NCBI GenBank assembly: GCA_963806225.1
Contig: CAWDXG010000004.1
Location: 5,504,001-5,568,000 of the forward strand
Length of the DNA stretch: 64,000 bases
Direction of reading: 5' to 3'
Origin: an uncultured delta proteobacterium
Lineage (GTDB): Bacteria; Myxococcota_A; Polyangia; Polyangiales; Polyangiaceae
Under the pieces are notes generated by a model. It was not told the DNA's origin. It did no database searches and saw only the letters and a program-made list of their open reading frames with translations. Positions 1-10,868 of the stretch are shown here, one piece after another (positions within the stretch are counted from its first letter, which is position 1; the number at the start of each line of letters is the position of its first letter). The position numbers and the translations under genes are program-made.

Positions 1-1
1 C

Positions 2-1096
2 AAGCAGCTTGCCGAGCTCGTCGGGGCGGCTGCCGGCGTAGGCGGTCTGCAGCATCAGGTCGAACACGGCCGTGCGCCGGACCCAGCGGTCGATCGCCAC
101 CGGCGGGAGGGTCTTCGCCGGCTGTCGGGAGCTCTCGACGGCGACGGTGGGATCCCCGGGCACGCGGGCGCCGATGGCTCCGGCGATGGAGCAGAGGTCG
201 TTGTGCAGGCGGTGCGCGTCCACGGGGCGATCCGCCGGATCCTTCTCCATGAGCTCGAGCGCGAGCTTGTCGACGGGCTCGGGTATCGAGGGATCGATGG
301 ACCGGAGCGAGGGCGGGTCCTCCTTCATGTGCTTGAGGAAGAAGCTCGCCACATCCTGCGCCTCGAAGGGCAGTCGCCCCGCGAGCATCTCGAACATGAT
401 CACGCCGACGGAGTACAGATCCGCCGCCGGTCCGGCGTCGATCGAGGTGATCCGTTCGGGCGCCATGTACTGCGGCGTGCCGAACACCTCGCCGCTGCCC
501 GTCAGCCGGCTGTCCTGGGTGGAGCGGGCGATGCCGAAGTCGAGCAACACGACCCTCGTGCTGCCGTCCGGCTGCCCCACGAGGAAGATGTTCTCCGGCT
601 TCAGGTCGCGGTGGATGACTTCCAGGTCGTGGGCGCGCGCGAGCGCGCGGGAGATCTGGATCAGGATCGGCAGTGCCTGGTCCAGCGGCACGCGACCGCG
701 GTCGAGCACGTCGGCGAGGGTCTCGCCTTCGAGCAGCTCCATGACCAGGTACATGCTGCCGTCGTCGGTGTCGCCCTGGTCGAAGATCTCGATGATGTTC
801 GGGTGGGCGAGCTTCTGGGCGGACTTGGCTTCGCGGCGGAAGCGCTCGCGGATCACGTCGTTGCCCGTGAAGCTGTGGTTCATGATCTTCACGGCGCAGG
901 GGCGGTCCACCAGCCGATGGCGGGCGCGGTAGACGGTGGCCATGCCCCCTTCGCCGATCACCTCTTCGATGAGATAGCGGCCCGCGATAGTGGTGCCGAT
1001 GCGCGGGTCCTGGATGTCGACCAGCGTCGCGCCGTCCAGAAAGCACGTGACGCTTTCGGTCGGGTACTTGAGGTTGCACTGCGGGCAGGCCTTCAT
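2..1096 (-). CDS. Ser/Thr protein kinase with N-terminal Cys motif (partial, runs off window start)
   Basis: Read manually on the minus strand from ATG 1096: MKACPQCNLKYP...IGEGGMATVY...AVKIM...HRDLKPENIF...DFGIA...GTPQYMAPE. Absent from the ORF track because its stop lies outside the window. Confidence 0.9.
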   Translation of the reverse strand, partial: MKACPQCNLKYPTESVTCFLDGATLVDIQDPRIGTTIAGRYLIEEVIGEGGMATVYRARHRLVDRPCAVKIMNHSFTGNDVIRERFRREAKSAQKLAHPNIIEIFDQGDTDDGSMYLVMELLEGETLADVLDRGRVPLDQALPILIQISRALARAHDLEVIHRDLKPENIFLVGQPDGSTRVVLLDFGIARSTQDSRLTGSGEVFGTPQYMAPERITSIDAGPAADLYSVGVIMFEMLAGRLPFEAQDVASFFLKHMKEDPPSLRSIDPSIPEPVDKLALELMEKDPADRPVDAHRLHNDLCSIAGAIGARVPGDPTVAVESSRQPAKTLPPVAIDRWVRRTAVFDLMLQTAYAGSRPDELGKLL

Positions 1097-1277
1097 CGTT
1101 CTGCCGGTCGGGCAGCGCCGCTCGGGGGCGGGGCGGGGCGGCAAGAATAGACGTTGTCCCGGCTGGACGCGACCGTCTCGGGTCCGTGGGGACACGTCAG
1201 CCATTTTTCCATCCCGGGGCGGTCGTGCTAAAGCCGGCCTGGACAGCGGCATCCAGGCCGCGGTCAGGTCTCGATTC

Positions 1278-2163
1278 GTGGCAGAAAAGGGCGTCAGGGT
1301 AGAGGTTCCGTCCCCGGGCCAGGACAGGCTCCGGCTCGGACGCGTGGGCATCATCGCTGCGGTCGGCTTCGTGATCGGCATGGTCTGGCCGCGCCTGGCC
1401 GGCGTGCACCTGGTGCCGAGCGCACCGGTGGAGGACGAGAGTCCCGCCGTCGCATCCGCCGCGCCCTCGGCTTCGGCGGCCATGAAGCCTTCCGCGCCGC
1501 CGGCGGCGAAGGTGACCCAAGCCGAGGTCAAGAAGAAGAAGCAGGAGCTCGACCAGCGCATCCACGTCCACGACGAGCAGGTGGTCACCAGCTGCGTGGA
1601 TTCCGACGGCCGGCGCCACGATCGACTGCGACGCGATCAAGTTCGGCGAAGTGGCGCGCCCCCGCATCCGCGCGCTGGCCGAGTGCGAGGCGGCCCAGGA
1701 CGAGAAGGGCACGCTCTCGATCGGCTTCGACGTGGATTTCGACAAGAAGCAGATCACCGACATCACCAGCGGCAGGAGCACGACGCTTTCCGGGCGTGCG
1801 GTGCGCGAGCTCCTGAAATGCGCGAAGAAGGAGTTCGAGGACGCGCCGCTCGACGGGATCGAGCACCGGTACTCGAGCTACTCTGTCTATTTTCTGGCCG
1901 ACCTCCTCGTACCGGGCCACAAGGAAAAGAAGGGCGAAGCCGAGACCGCTGCGCTCGGCGACGTGACCCAGGCGAACGGCAGCGCGACGGTGAGCTGGAG
2001 CGTGGCGCTGATCCGGGACGCGCCGAAGGACGGCAACAAGGTCGCGCGACTGCTGCGCGGGACGCGCGTCGTCGTGACTGGTCGCAAGGGCGACTGGTAT
2101 CGCGTGAAGTACGATGCCAAGGGCAACGAAGGCTGGGTCTACAAGTCCGCGATCGGGATGTAG
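1278..2163 (+). CDS. Membrane-anchored protein with C-terminal bacterial SH3-like domain (apparent +1 frameshift near 1616)
   Basis: N-terminal TM and Pro/Ala linker in ORF 990..2651, continuing in ORF 1651..2163 (ALIRDAP...VARLLRGTRVVVTGRKGDWYRVKY...EGWVY, SH3b-like). Start GTG 1278 inferred. Confidence 0.65.
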
Positions 2164-2199
2164 CGAGCGCTGCCCGGCGCCGCGTGGTAGAAGGAAATC

Positions 2200-2619
2200 G
2201 TGGCCCGCAAGGTGACCTGGCCGGCACGACGCACCCGCCGCGAGGAGCAGCCCGCGAAGGCGGAGCCCCGGGAACCGTCTGCGACCGAAGGCAAGGGCGC
2301 AGCCGACAAGCAGGACGTCGTGCTGGTGCACGGCGTCACGCCGGACGGCCGCGGTCTGCAGGTGCTCCGGCAGCGCGACGATCAGGTGGAGACGGGCGCG
2401 CTCCGGCCGCTGGAGCAGGGCAAGCCGATCCAGGGCGAGGTCGTCAGCCTCGCGCCGCGCAAGGAGTTCCCGCTTCTGTGCGACGTGAAGGTCGAGGTGC
2501 CCGCGCCGGTAACCGAGCAGCCCGAGTCACGGCACTCGGGGCCCGCTCAGGTGGCGAGCGAGCGCTATCGAAAGAACTGGGACGCGATCTGGAAGAATCG
2601 CGACAAACGGCCGAACTGA
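2200..2619 (+). CDS. Hypothetical protein
   Basis: 139-aa ORF with GC3-rich codons filling the gap between the SH3 gene and the convergent DUF4340 gene; ends GPAQVASERYRKNWDAIW. Confidence 0.7.
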   Translation: MARKVTWPARRTRREEQPAKAEPREPSATEGKGAADKQDVVLVHGVTPDGRGLQVLRQRDDQVETGALRPLEQGKPIQGEVVSLAPRKEFPLLCDVKVEVPAPVTEQPESRHSGPAQVASERYRKNWDAIWKNRDKRPN

Positions 2620-2625
2620 CAGCGG

Positions 2626-4840
2626 CTACAGCGCGTCGAGCAGGCGCTTGACCTTGCTGCGGGCGATGGCGAACGTGGCGTTCACGCCGTCGACACGCGC
2701 GTAGTAGATGCTCACGTCGCGCCAGGAGTCGCCCTTGCCGACGTGCCACGTCGTCGTGATGGGCCGGCCGCCGTCGCTGGCCTCGAGCTCGACGCGGACG
2801 CCGAGTGTGGGCTTTTCGAGGCCCTCGGCGGGGCGCGCGGGGCCCACGTGCAGAGCCGCTTCGGCGCGCATCGACGACAGCGCGTCGGTGATCTGCTGGA
2901 TGGCCGCCGGCGAGAGCTGTGCGCTGCCGCCGCTCTGGACGTAGGCCGTGCCGCGCTTTTCGAGCACGACCTTGCCGTCGGGACCCTGGAGTGTGATGCG
3001 CGAGGCCGTGCCGGGCCGGACCACGAACTTCGAGCGGTCGAAGAGCAGGGTCTGGAGCGTCTCGACGGTGGAGCGCGGCAGCACGAACACGCCCTGGTCG
3101 CCCTTCATGCTCGCGAAGTTGCCGCCACTGGTAGGCGAGCCCACGACCAGCGTGTGCTGCTCGGTGCCGGCTTCCGCCTTCTCCAGGGTCAGCGCGACGC
3201 GGATCACGGGCTTGTCGAGCCCGAAGCTGCCGTCGTCGCGGTCGGCGACCCAGCGGTCGGCGGCGAGCGAGCCGAGCGCCTCGGCCAGATCGCTGGCAAG
3301 CCCCGCGTCCACGTCGAACCCGGAGGGCGAGGTGAGGTCGTAGCTGCCGGCGCCGGTGCGGACGAGCGCTTCATGCACGCTGCCCATGTGCAGATCGATG
3401 CGCCGAGAGCTCCGACGCGGAAAAATCGAGGAGCTGCCGCTTGCGCAGGAGCGAGGCGTCGGCGGTGAGCGCGCGCGCGGACTCCCGGTCGAGTTCGAGC
3501 ACCGCGCCGTCGTTCCTGCGCTGGACCGCAACGCTGCCGTCGGACGCCGGTTTGCCGAGCAGCACGGTTTCGGTGATGACCTTGGACTCGTTCTCGGCGG
3601 CGGACTTGAGCGTGATGTGCCCGGTGGGCGGCGAGAGCCGGAGCTTTTCGAGGTCGGGGCTTCCCACCAGCTTGCCGCGCACGGCGAGTAGCCGCTGGAT
3701 GCGCTTGTTGCCGGGCTCGAGATCCACGTCGGTCTGTTCGGGCGAGCGCATCAGAAAGCCCTTGTCCTTGCGCTCCAGCTCCAGCTTCTTCTTGCCCTGC
3801 ACGACGGCCAGGCTCTCGACCTCGTCCTGGTGCAGCGAGAACAGGCCGCGATCGATGAGCTGGGGAGCGGGCGTGGACAGCCCCTGCATGACGTTTTCTG
3901 GCACGCACGCGAAGGCGGGGTCCGGCTTTTCGCGCACCGCGACGATGTCGTTCTTGCTGTCGGGGCAGGGGCCGCCCACAGTGACGACGCCCGGTGGGTC
4001 CTGCTTGTCGCTCGGCCGCATCGTGACGCGGATGGTCTTCGCCCCGGCCTGCGCCTTGTGCGCCGATTTCGCGCTGATGAAATGGTCGGCCTTGGTGCGC
4101 GCGAACTGCAGCAGCACGCGGTCGAGCGCGGCGCGGCCCACTGCGAAGTCGTGCTGCATGCCGTCGAAGCGCCAGCCGTCCCAGCCCTTTGCGCGGCGCA
4201 GCTTGCGCGTGCCGCCCTCGCCCTCGAGCGTGAGGTGGGAGAGCTCGGTGGACATGTACGGCATCATCTGCCGCCCGCGCAGCTCGTCGGCGTTGATGGA
4301 GAGCGCCTTGACCAGGCCCTGCGCGGCGATCACCACGCCCGGGCGCGGCGCGTTCTGTCCGTCGACGCGCAGGTAGGCTGCGCCCTTGGGCGAGACGGCC
4401 GGCTTGCCGAGCTCCAGCTTGTAGTGGATGCGACCCATGGACAGCCGCACCACCATCCGCGGCGAATCGAGCCCGAAGGCCTTGTCGTCCACCTCGCCGG
4501 GTTTGATGCGGCGCACGGCGGTGGCGAACTGCAGCGCGCCGAGCAGCTTGTCGACGGCAAAGTCCTCGGCCTCGCCGTGGATGGGCTCGAGCATACGCCA
4601 GCCGGTGAGCCCCGCGTCGTCGGGTGGCTCGCGCTCGAGTACCAGCTTCTCCTTGCCGCTGCGGTCGATCTCGATGCGGTCGAGATCGTCCTGGCGCCAG
4701 GCGCCGAGCACGTTGTCCTGCCGCGCTTCCTTCTCGCTGGTGGTCACGTGCCCGGTCGTCACAACGACCGCGACGACCAGCCCCACAGCCACCACGGCGA
4801 GGGCGATGTTGACGACCTGGCGTCGCACGGCAGAGGCCAT
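2626..4840 (-). CDS. DUF4340-type multi-domain membrane-anchored protein (apparent +1 frameshift near 3403)
   Basis: ATG 4840 overlaps the GldG-like stop; N-terminal TM; repeated FGLDxP modules (FGLDSP, FGLDKP, EGLEKP); split over ORFs 3371..5059 and 2626..3531; typical last gene of GldA/F/G operons. Confidence 0.75.
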
Positions 4841-6474
4841 CAGCTCTCGTCGTCCTCGTCGTCTTCGCGCCGGCGCGAGCGCTTCTCGGCGGCGCGCCGG
4901 CGCAGCAGGATGAACAAGCCGAGCAGCAGCCCGGCGCCGGGCATGTAGAGCAGCACGTAGTTGCGGACCTTGGCGATCGAGTCTTCGGTGAGGCTGAGGC
5001 CGATGTCGTGCGAGGGCTTCTCCGGTACGCTGACCAGGGTGGGGCGTGCCGCCAACCACGAGATGGCGTTTTCGACGAACAGTCGGTCGCCCAGCAGCGT
5101 GTTGTCGCGCCAGCTCTGCGACCAGGCGATGTTGACCGTGCCGACCACCACCAGGCGGGGGCCGTGGCTTTCCTTCGAGCCCTTGGGCTTCGGCAGCTCC
5201 GATGCCATCGCCACTGTGAAGGGGCCGCTCGGGTTGTCCGGGCCCTTCACCACGTCCTTGCCCTCGCTGACGAAGGGCCCGAGGTCGTCGATGCTGAAGG
5301 CGGACGGGCTGGAGGCTAGCAGCGCGTCGGGCGTGCCGGACGTGGTGGCCTTCAGGCTCTGCGCGTCCTCGACGAGCACGCGGAAGCGGGGCTTGCCGTC
5401 GTCGTCGAACAGCGCCTTGGTGATGGCGTGGCGCTTCGGAACGGCGAAGAAGTTCGCTCCGAGGCCGCTCGGCAGGCGGGCCGACGCGTCCTGTTCGATG
5501 ATGAAGTCGTTGTTGAAATGGATGCCGCCGAGCTCCGCGACGGGCTCGAGCCCGCTGGGGCGGATCTTGTTGTCGTCGTCCAGCACCGGATTGACGAGCA
5601 GCATCACGTTGCCGCCGCCCCCGAGGTAGTCGGCGACTTCCCTGGCGGTGCGCGCGGGCACGCGCTTCTGCGGGCCAGCCACGACCACGACGCGGCAGCC
5701 GCGGAAGCGGGGGCCGCGCGACGGAGCCAGCGTGTCGACCTCCCGGACCTTGTAGTTGCCCTTCTGCAGGCGGTAGTGCAGCTCGGCGAGGCCAGTCGGG
5801 CCGGCGGCTTCGATGGAGATCTCCTCGGTCCCCTTGGTGAAGCAGATCTCCGCCTGGTCGCGGTCGAGCACGTTGGCGATGCCCTCGGTCAGCGCCTGCT
5901 CCAGCTTCGGCCGCACCTTCCCGCTCTTGTCGCTGTACGACATCATGTCGTCGGTGGTGACGAACCAGTGGCGGCTGCCGCGCGCGATCACGATGCTGGC
6001 GTCGGTGACGACGCGGCCGTCTTCGGTCTTGCCGGCCTGGATGCCGTATTTCTTCTGGATGGCGAGGAACTCGGCGGGGTTCCGGTCGGGATCGATGAAG
6101 CGCGTGTCCAGCTCGCCCGTCTCGGCGCGGTAGGCGTCGAGCATGTGGTGGACGCTCTGCGTGAGGTTGTTGCTGGCGCTGAGCAGCACGATGACCTGCA
6201 CCGGATCGTGCAGCGAGTGCAGCGTCTGCACCGTGGCGCTCGACAGCGTGTACAGCCCCGCCTCGGTCCAGTCCCAGCGCTTGTAGAAGCGGGCGACCAG
6301 CACGTTGAGGCTGACCGCGATGAGGCCGGCGGCGATCACTCCGACGGCGGAGAGCGCCTTGAACGAGCGCGTGACGGAGCCGGCGGCGCGCTCACGGCGC
6401 TGCTTGTCGGCCCGCTTGGCCCGCTCGGCCCGCTCGGTCTTCCCGGGGCTGCGCTTCTTCCGCTTCGCGGCCAC
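4840..6474 (-). CDS. GldG-family ABC transporter auxiliary component
   Basis: RWDWTEAGLYTLSSAT, FIDPDRNP and VVAGP motifs plus C-terminal TM; GTG 6474 overlaps the permease stop. Confidence 0.85.
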   Translation of the reverse strand: MAAKRKKRSPGKTERAERAKRADKQRRERAAGSVTRSFKALSAVGVIAAGLIAVSLNVLVARFYKRWDWTEAGLYTLSSATVQTLHSLHDPVQVIVLLSASNNLTQSVHHMLDAYRAETGELDTRFIDPDRNPAEFLAIQKKYGIQAGKTEDGRVVTDASIVIARGSRHWFVTTDDMMSYSDKSGKVRPKLEQALTEGIANVLDRDQAEICFTKGTEEISIEAAGPTGLAELHYRLQKGNYKVREVDTLAPSRGPRFRGCRVVVVAGPQKRVPARTAREVADYLGGGGNVMLLVNPVLDDDNKIRPSGLEPVAELGGIHFNNDFIIEQDASARLPSGLGANFFAVPKRHAITKALFDDDGKPRFRVLVEDAQSLKATTSGTPDALLASSPSAFSIDDLGPFVSEGKDVVKGPDNPSGPFTVAMASELPKPKGSKESHGPRLVVVGTVNIAWSQSWRDNTLLGDRLFVENAISWLAARPTLVSVPEKPSHDIGLSLTEDSIAKVRNYVLLYMPGAGLLLGLFILLRRRAAEKRSRRREDDEDDES

Positions 6475-7220
6475 TAGCCCCACCTCCAGGAGTCCACGAC
6501 GCGGGTCGTGACGAACAGCGGCAGGGCGACCAGCGAGGCGTCGAAGACGAGCCGCCGGAGATCCACGATGCCCTTGGACATCTCGTCGAGCTGCGAGAAG
6601 GCCGAGACGTGCACGCAGATGTCGCGCATCAGCCCCGGGTCGAAGATGTACTCGCCGATGCCGATGATGAACAGCCCCACCAGAGCCAGGATCGTGAACA
6701 GCAGCGCGAGCACCTGGCTCCGGGTCATGGCGCTCATCAGCGTGCCGACCGCGAGGTAGCCGGCGCCGATGCCGATCACCCCCACGTAGCTCGAGCCCAC
6801 GACGTGCCAGTCGATGTGCCCGGTCTTGCGCAGGATGATCACGTAGAGCAGCGTCGGCGCCCAGATCACGAGATAGGTCGTGAACGTGGCCAGGTACTTG
6901 GCTAGCACCACCGCCGTCGGCGTCACCGGCGCCGTCAGCAGAGACTCGATGGTGCCGCTGCGGCGTTCCTCGGCGAACACGCGCATGGTGAGCGCGGGGC
7001 ACAGCATCAGGAGCAGGAGCGGCAGGAAGATCGACTGGCCGAAGTAGGCCTGCACCGGGCCGGTATCGAGATTGACCTGCGAGACCTGCGAGAAATGCAG
7101 GACGATCGAGTAGAAGCTGTAGCCCTGCAAGAGCAGGAACACGACGAGCAGCACCCAGGCCAGCGGAGTGACCCACAGGCTCAGCATCTCGCGCTTGTAG
7201 ATCGCGACAAATCCGCTCAC
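6474..7220 (-). CDS. ABC-2 type permease (GldF-like)
   Basis: LTMRVFAEERRSGTIESLLTAPV motif; about 6 TM segments. Confidence 0.9.
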   Translation of the reverse strand: MSGFVAIYKREMLSLWVTPLAWVLLVVFLLLQGYSFYSIVLHFSQVSQVNLDTGPVQAYFGQSIFLPLLLLMLCPALTMRVFAEERRSGTIESLLTAPVTPTAVVLAKYLATFTTYLVIWAPTLLYVIILRKTGHIDWHVVGSSYVGVIGIGAGYLAVGTLMSAMTRSQVLALLFTILALVGLFIIGIGEYIFDPGLMRDICVHVSAFSQLDEMSKGIVDLRRLVFDASLVALPLFVTTRVVDSWRWG

Positions 7221-8197
7221 GAGCCGGACTCCTCGTCGTCGTCGCCGCTCTCGTCTTCCTCGGCGCGGGTCAGCGAAGCGAAGACCTCTTCCAGCGTGGC
7301 GCGCGCCGGGGCCGCCTCGCGCACGCCGATGCCCGCGGCCACCAGCTCGGCGACGAGCTGCTCGAGCAGTGCGCCTGGATCGTCGACGCTCTTTTCGTAG
7401 CGGACGCGCACCCGCACTAGATCATCGTCGGCTGCTCCGGAGGATGCCTTCTTCACGCCCTCGGACTTCGCGAGCAGCGAGCGGGCGCGCTTTTCCGGGT
7501 CGCGCAGCACGAACACCGCCCCGGACGCAGCTCGGCGCGCGCGCAGCTCCTCCAGCGTGCCCTCGGCGACCAGTCGCCCGCGGTCGATCACGATGGCGCG
7601 GTCGCAGGTCGACTCGACCTCCGACAGGATGTGCGTCGAGACGAGCAGCGTGTGCGACTCGCCGAGCGAGCGCACCAGGTGCCTCACCTCGCGGATCTGG
7701 TTCGGGTCGAGCCCCGCCGTGGGCTCGTCCAGGATGAGCAGCGGCGGGTTGGACACCAGCGCGTCGGCCAGCCCCACGCGCTGTCGGTAGCCCTTGGAGA
7801 GGTGTCCGATGAGCGTTCCGCCCATGTCGCTCACGGCCGCCTGCTCCATCGCCCGGTCGACCGCCGAGCTCCGCTCGCCGCGCGGCACCTTCTTTGCCGC
7901 CGCGCGGAAGCGTAGATACTCGCGCACGCGCATCTCCGGATACAGCGGCGAGGCCTCCGGCATGTAGCCGATACAGCGCCGCGCCTCGAGCGATTCGTCC
8001 ACGATGTCGTGCCCGTCGATGCGCACACGACCCGCGGTGGCGCCCAGGAACCCGGCCAGGATGCGCAGCGTCGTGCTCTTGCCGGCCCCGTTCGGCCCGA
8101 GGAAGCCGACCACCTCGCCGCGCCCCACCTGGAAGGAGACGTCGCGCACCGCCACAACGGTGCCGTAGTCCTTCGTCAGGTGCTCGACCTCGATCAC
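7217..8197 (-). CDS. ABC transporter ATP-binding protein (GldA-like)
   Basis: Walker A GPNGAGKS, signature LSKGYRQR, Walker B LLILDEPT; start GTG 8197 inferred. Confidence 0.92.
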   Translation of the reverse strand: MIEVEHLTKDYGTVVAVRDVSFQVGRGEVVGFLGPNGAGKSTTLRILAGFLGATAGRVRIDGHDIVDESLEARRCIGYMPEASPLYPEMRVREYLRFRAAAKKVPRGERSSAVDRAMEQAAVSDMGGTLIGHLSKGYRQRVGLADALVSNPPLLILDEPTAGLDPNQIREVRHLVRSLGESHTLLVSTHILSEVESTCDRAIVIDRGRLVAEGTLEELRARRAASGAVFVLRDPEKRARSLLAKSEGVKKASSGAADDDLVRVRVRYEKSVDDPGALLEQLVAELVAAGIGVREAAPARATLEEVFASLTRAEEDESGDDDEESGS

Positions 8198-8217
8198 GGT
8201 GCGCGCAATACCACGGC

Positions 8218-10737
8218 TCAGGGAAGGCGCGCCACGTCCCAGCGGATGCGCCGCATGGGGCTGTTTTCCACTACCAGGTGAACGTTCGCGAGAGTGATGT
8301 CCGAGCCGGTGGAAAGGGCCGTGGTGACCTCGAGCCGGTCGACGCCGCCTGTCTTCTCGTGGTGGTAGCAGGCTGCGCAATCGGCGATCGTGTCGGCGGC
8401 GACGCTCTGGAGCTTTCCGGGGTTCTTGTGGTCGCCGTCGAGGCGATCGGCGATCAGCCGGGTGCCGTCGGTGAGCGTGAGCTCCGCGTGACCGCCTGGC
8501 GCCAGCGCCACCTTCACATCCAGGCGGTCGGCGACGTCTGCCGGCGTGACCACGGACGGGTCCGTCGCGGGCGCCAGCGTGTCGATGGACGGATCGAGCA
8601 TCGGCAGGATCTGGTTTTCGACCAGCAGGAGCGGGAGCTTGTCGAGCGGCGCCGGGATGGTCACTTCCTGCCCGCCCTTGTAGACGCTGAAGTCGTCCAT
8701 GTCGACGTAGCGCCCGGGCGGCAGCCAGCCCTTCTTCTCGGTCTGGCCGCGGTGGACCACGGGCCAGGCATAGAGCGCCGGTCCGAGGAAGTAGGCGTCC
8801 TCCACGGCCCAGCTGTTCGGGTCATCGGGGTAGAGCAGGAATGGGTGCAGCGTGATCGGCGTGCCCGTCTCGTGGGCCCTCTTCGCCAGCACCGTGAAGT
8901 AGGGCATCAGCCGCGTGTGGAGCCGCGCGTACTTCGAGTAGACCTGGATCGTCTCGTCGTCGTTCCAGAGCTTCCATTTGGTCTTCTTCGAGCCGACAGG
9001 ATTCGAGCAGGCGTTCTGCTCCATCATGACGGGGGACACCGAGCCGAATTCCACCCAGCGCAGCCAGACTTCCTTGTCGTTGGGCGCTTCGGTGATGCAC
9101 TTGAATCCGGTCATGTCGCTGCCCCAGTAGGGCACGCCGGACATCGACAGGTTCACGCCGCCACGCACGGCCGACGGCAGCCCCAGCGTGTTGTCGAAGG
9201 TGGCTTCGGCGTCGCCGCCCCAAACGGCAGGGACGTACTTCTGCGTGCCGGTGTAGCCGGAGCGCACGAAGAACAGATAGTTGCCCGGCCGTTCGCTCTG
9301 CATCAGATCGTGGGCGGCCTTGGCCGAGAGCACGGGATACTGGTTGTGCACCTCCTTGCCGCGGCGGCCGTCGTAGAGCCAGGCGTCGCGCGCCGTGTAC
9401 TCGCCGAAATCGTGCATCCAGCCGTCGTAGCCGAGACCTAGCGTGCGCTGGAGCAGGTTCTTGAACCACGCCACCGCCGCTGGATTCGTGAAGTCGATCT
9501 CGGCGACCTCCAGCAGCGTTCCGGAGATGAATTCCGTGAGCTCCGGCTTGCCGTCGGGGCCGCGTACGAACAGGTTGTGCGCCACGCCGTAGGCGTAGTC
9601 CGCGGCGGACCTGTCGTTGTTCGCGGCGACGTAGGGGTTATTGTACGCCATCACCTTGTAGCCGGCGTCGTGCAGCGTCTTGGTCCAGGTGGACAGCTCG
9701 CTCTCGCGCCCGGTCTGCGACAGCGCGGGCAGGAAGTGCACGGAGTCGTCGATGCCGGTGCAGGGCACGTGCTTTTCCCGCATCAGCTGCCACTCGGGCA
9801 CGCCGTTCACCGTGGCGTTCACTCCCACGCGGCGGCGTGGCCCGAACACCCACGAGGCCGGCACCATCGGCCGGCCCGTGTCCGCCGTGTAGTCCGAGAG
9901 CGAAGCCAGCGGGTCCTTGTGGACGTACACCGTGGCGTCGAAGTGATCGGTGTTCACGTCGAAGCGCCAGGCGTCGTCCTGGTCGCTGTCGAAGTACACC
10001 TCGGTGCGGAACGTCGTATCCAGGTGCACGGCGTAGCCGTGGTTCGAGAGGAAGAACGGAACCGGAAAATACGTCATCGACGGCCCGTTCGGGTACGGGT
10101 TCTTGTCGGAGACCGGCGCGTTCTCGCCCTTGCCGAGCGCGCCCTCTTCGGCCCAGCTGTAGATGGGCCAGCCGCGGTGATCGACCGTGGCGTAGCGCTC
10201 GCCCATGCCGAAGAAGTGCTCGTCCTTGCCGGAGGCGAACGCCATCGTCATCTTGTTCAGCGGCTTTTCCGTGCCGGCGGCCTGGTCGGTCACGACGTGC
10301 AGCCGCACGCGCGCGCCATCGAGCGCAACGTCCAGGCGCATCTTCACGCCGTGGCCCTCGAGCACGAGCTTTGCCGAGTGATCGGTCGAGTCGAGCAGCG
10401 TGGCGCGCGTCGCGTGATGCCAGGCGCCTTCCTGGGCCAGATAGCCGTCCCAGCCGGGCAGCGACTTGGCGACAAAGATCGGGTCATCCACCGTCGCGGC
10501 GAGCGAGCCGTAGGGATCGTCCGACGCGCTTCGGCGGAGCGTGTCGAGCACGGTCTCGCCGTCGGCGTTGTCGATCCGGAGCGCGAAGGGCGCGAGCGTG
10601 ATGCGCGCGGTGACAGCGCCGTCGGACAGCACGACCGGCGGGCCGCTCTTCTCTGTCCCCGAGCTGCCGCAGCCGGCGACGAGCAGGGCGAGCGCGAGGG
10701 TGGGAACGCGCGCGGCGCGGAGCGGGGCGGGGAACAT
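8218..10737 (-). CDS. Glycoside hydrolase family 31 lipoprotein
   Basis: Lipobox LVAGC; FGMGE, IDFTNP, nucleophile motif GWMHDFGE, WGGD and WGSDMTGF GH31 motifs. Confidence 0.88.
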   Translation of the reverse strand: MFPAPLRAARVPTLALALLVAGCGSSGTEKSGPPVVLSDGAVTARITLAPFALRIDNADGETVLDTLRRSASDDPYGSLAATVDDPIFVAKSLPGWDGYLAQEGAWHHATRATLLDSTDHSAKLVLEGHGVKMRLDVALDGARVRLHVVTDQAAGTEKPLNKMTMAFASGKDEHFFGMGERYATVDHRGWPIYSWAEEGALGKGENAPVSDKNPYPNGPSMTYFPVPFFLSNHGYAVHLDTTFRTEVYFDSDQDDAWRFDVNTDHFDATVYVHKDPLASLSDYTADTGRPMVPASWVFGPRRRVGVNATVNGVPEWQLMREKHVPCTGIDDSVHFLPALSQTGRESELSTWTKTLHDAGYKVMAYNNPYVAANNDRSAADYAYGVAHNLFVRGPDGKPELTEFISGTLLEVAEIDFTNPAAVAWFKNLLQRTLGLGYDGWMHDFGEYTARDAWLYDGRRGKEVHNQYPVLSAKAAHDLMQSERPGNYLFFVRSGYTGTQKYVPAVWGGDAEATFDNTLGLPSAVRGGVNLSMSGVPYWGSDMTGFKCITEAPNDKEVWLRWVEFGSVSPVMMEQNACSNPVGSKKTKWKLWNDDETIQVYSKYARLHTRLMPYFTVLAKRAHETGTPITLHPFLLYPDDPNSWAVEDAYFLGPALYAWPVVHRGQTEKKGWLPPGRYVDMDDFSVYKGGQEVTIPAPLDKLPLLLVENQILPMLDPSIDTLAPATDPSVVTPADVADRLDVKVALAPGGHAELTLTDGTRLIADRLDGDHKNPGKLQSVAADTIADCAACYHHEKTGGVDRLEVTTALSTGSDITLANVHLVVENSPMRRIRWDVARLP

Positions 10738-10868
10738 GGGGCGCTATCCTGCCATGCGGCCCAGGTCGCGGGCAGTCCCGCCGCTTCGGGACAAGGCGAC
10801 CGGCCGCTGGGTCGACCCGGGCGCACGGGTTTGCCCACGCGGCGCGCGATGGCGTAAGCCTGGGGGCG

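Noticed and set aside
72..1150. Plus-strand ORFs 72..932 and 203..1150, and the many similar long antisense or alternative-frame ORFs throughout
   Set aside because: Shadow ORFs expected in high-GC DNA; the overlapping frame carries recognisable protein motifs.
2626..8197. Calling the ABC operon a gliding-motility system
   Set aside because: The Gld names come from Flavobacterium; homology alone does not show a motility role here.
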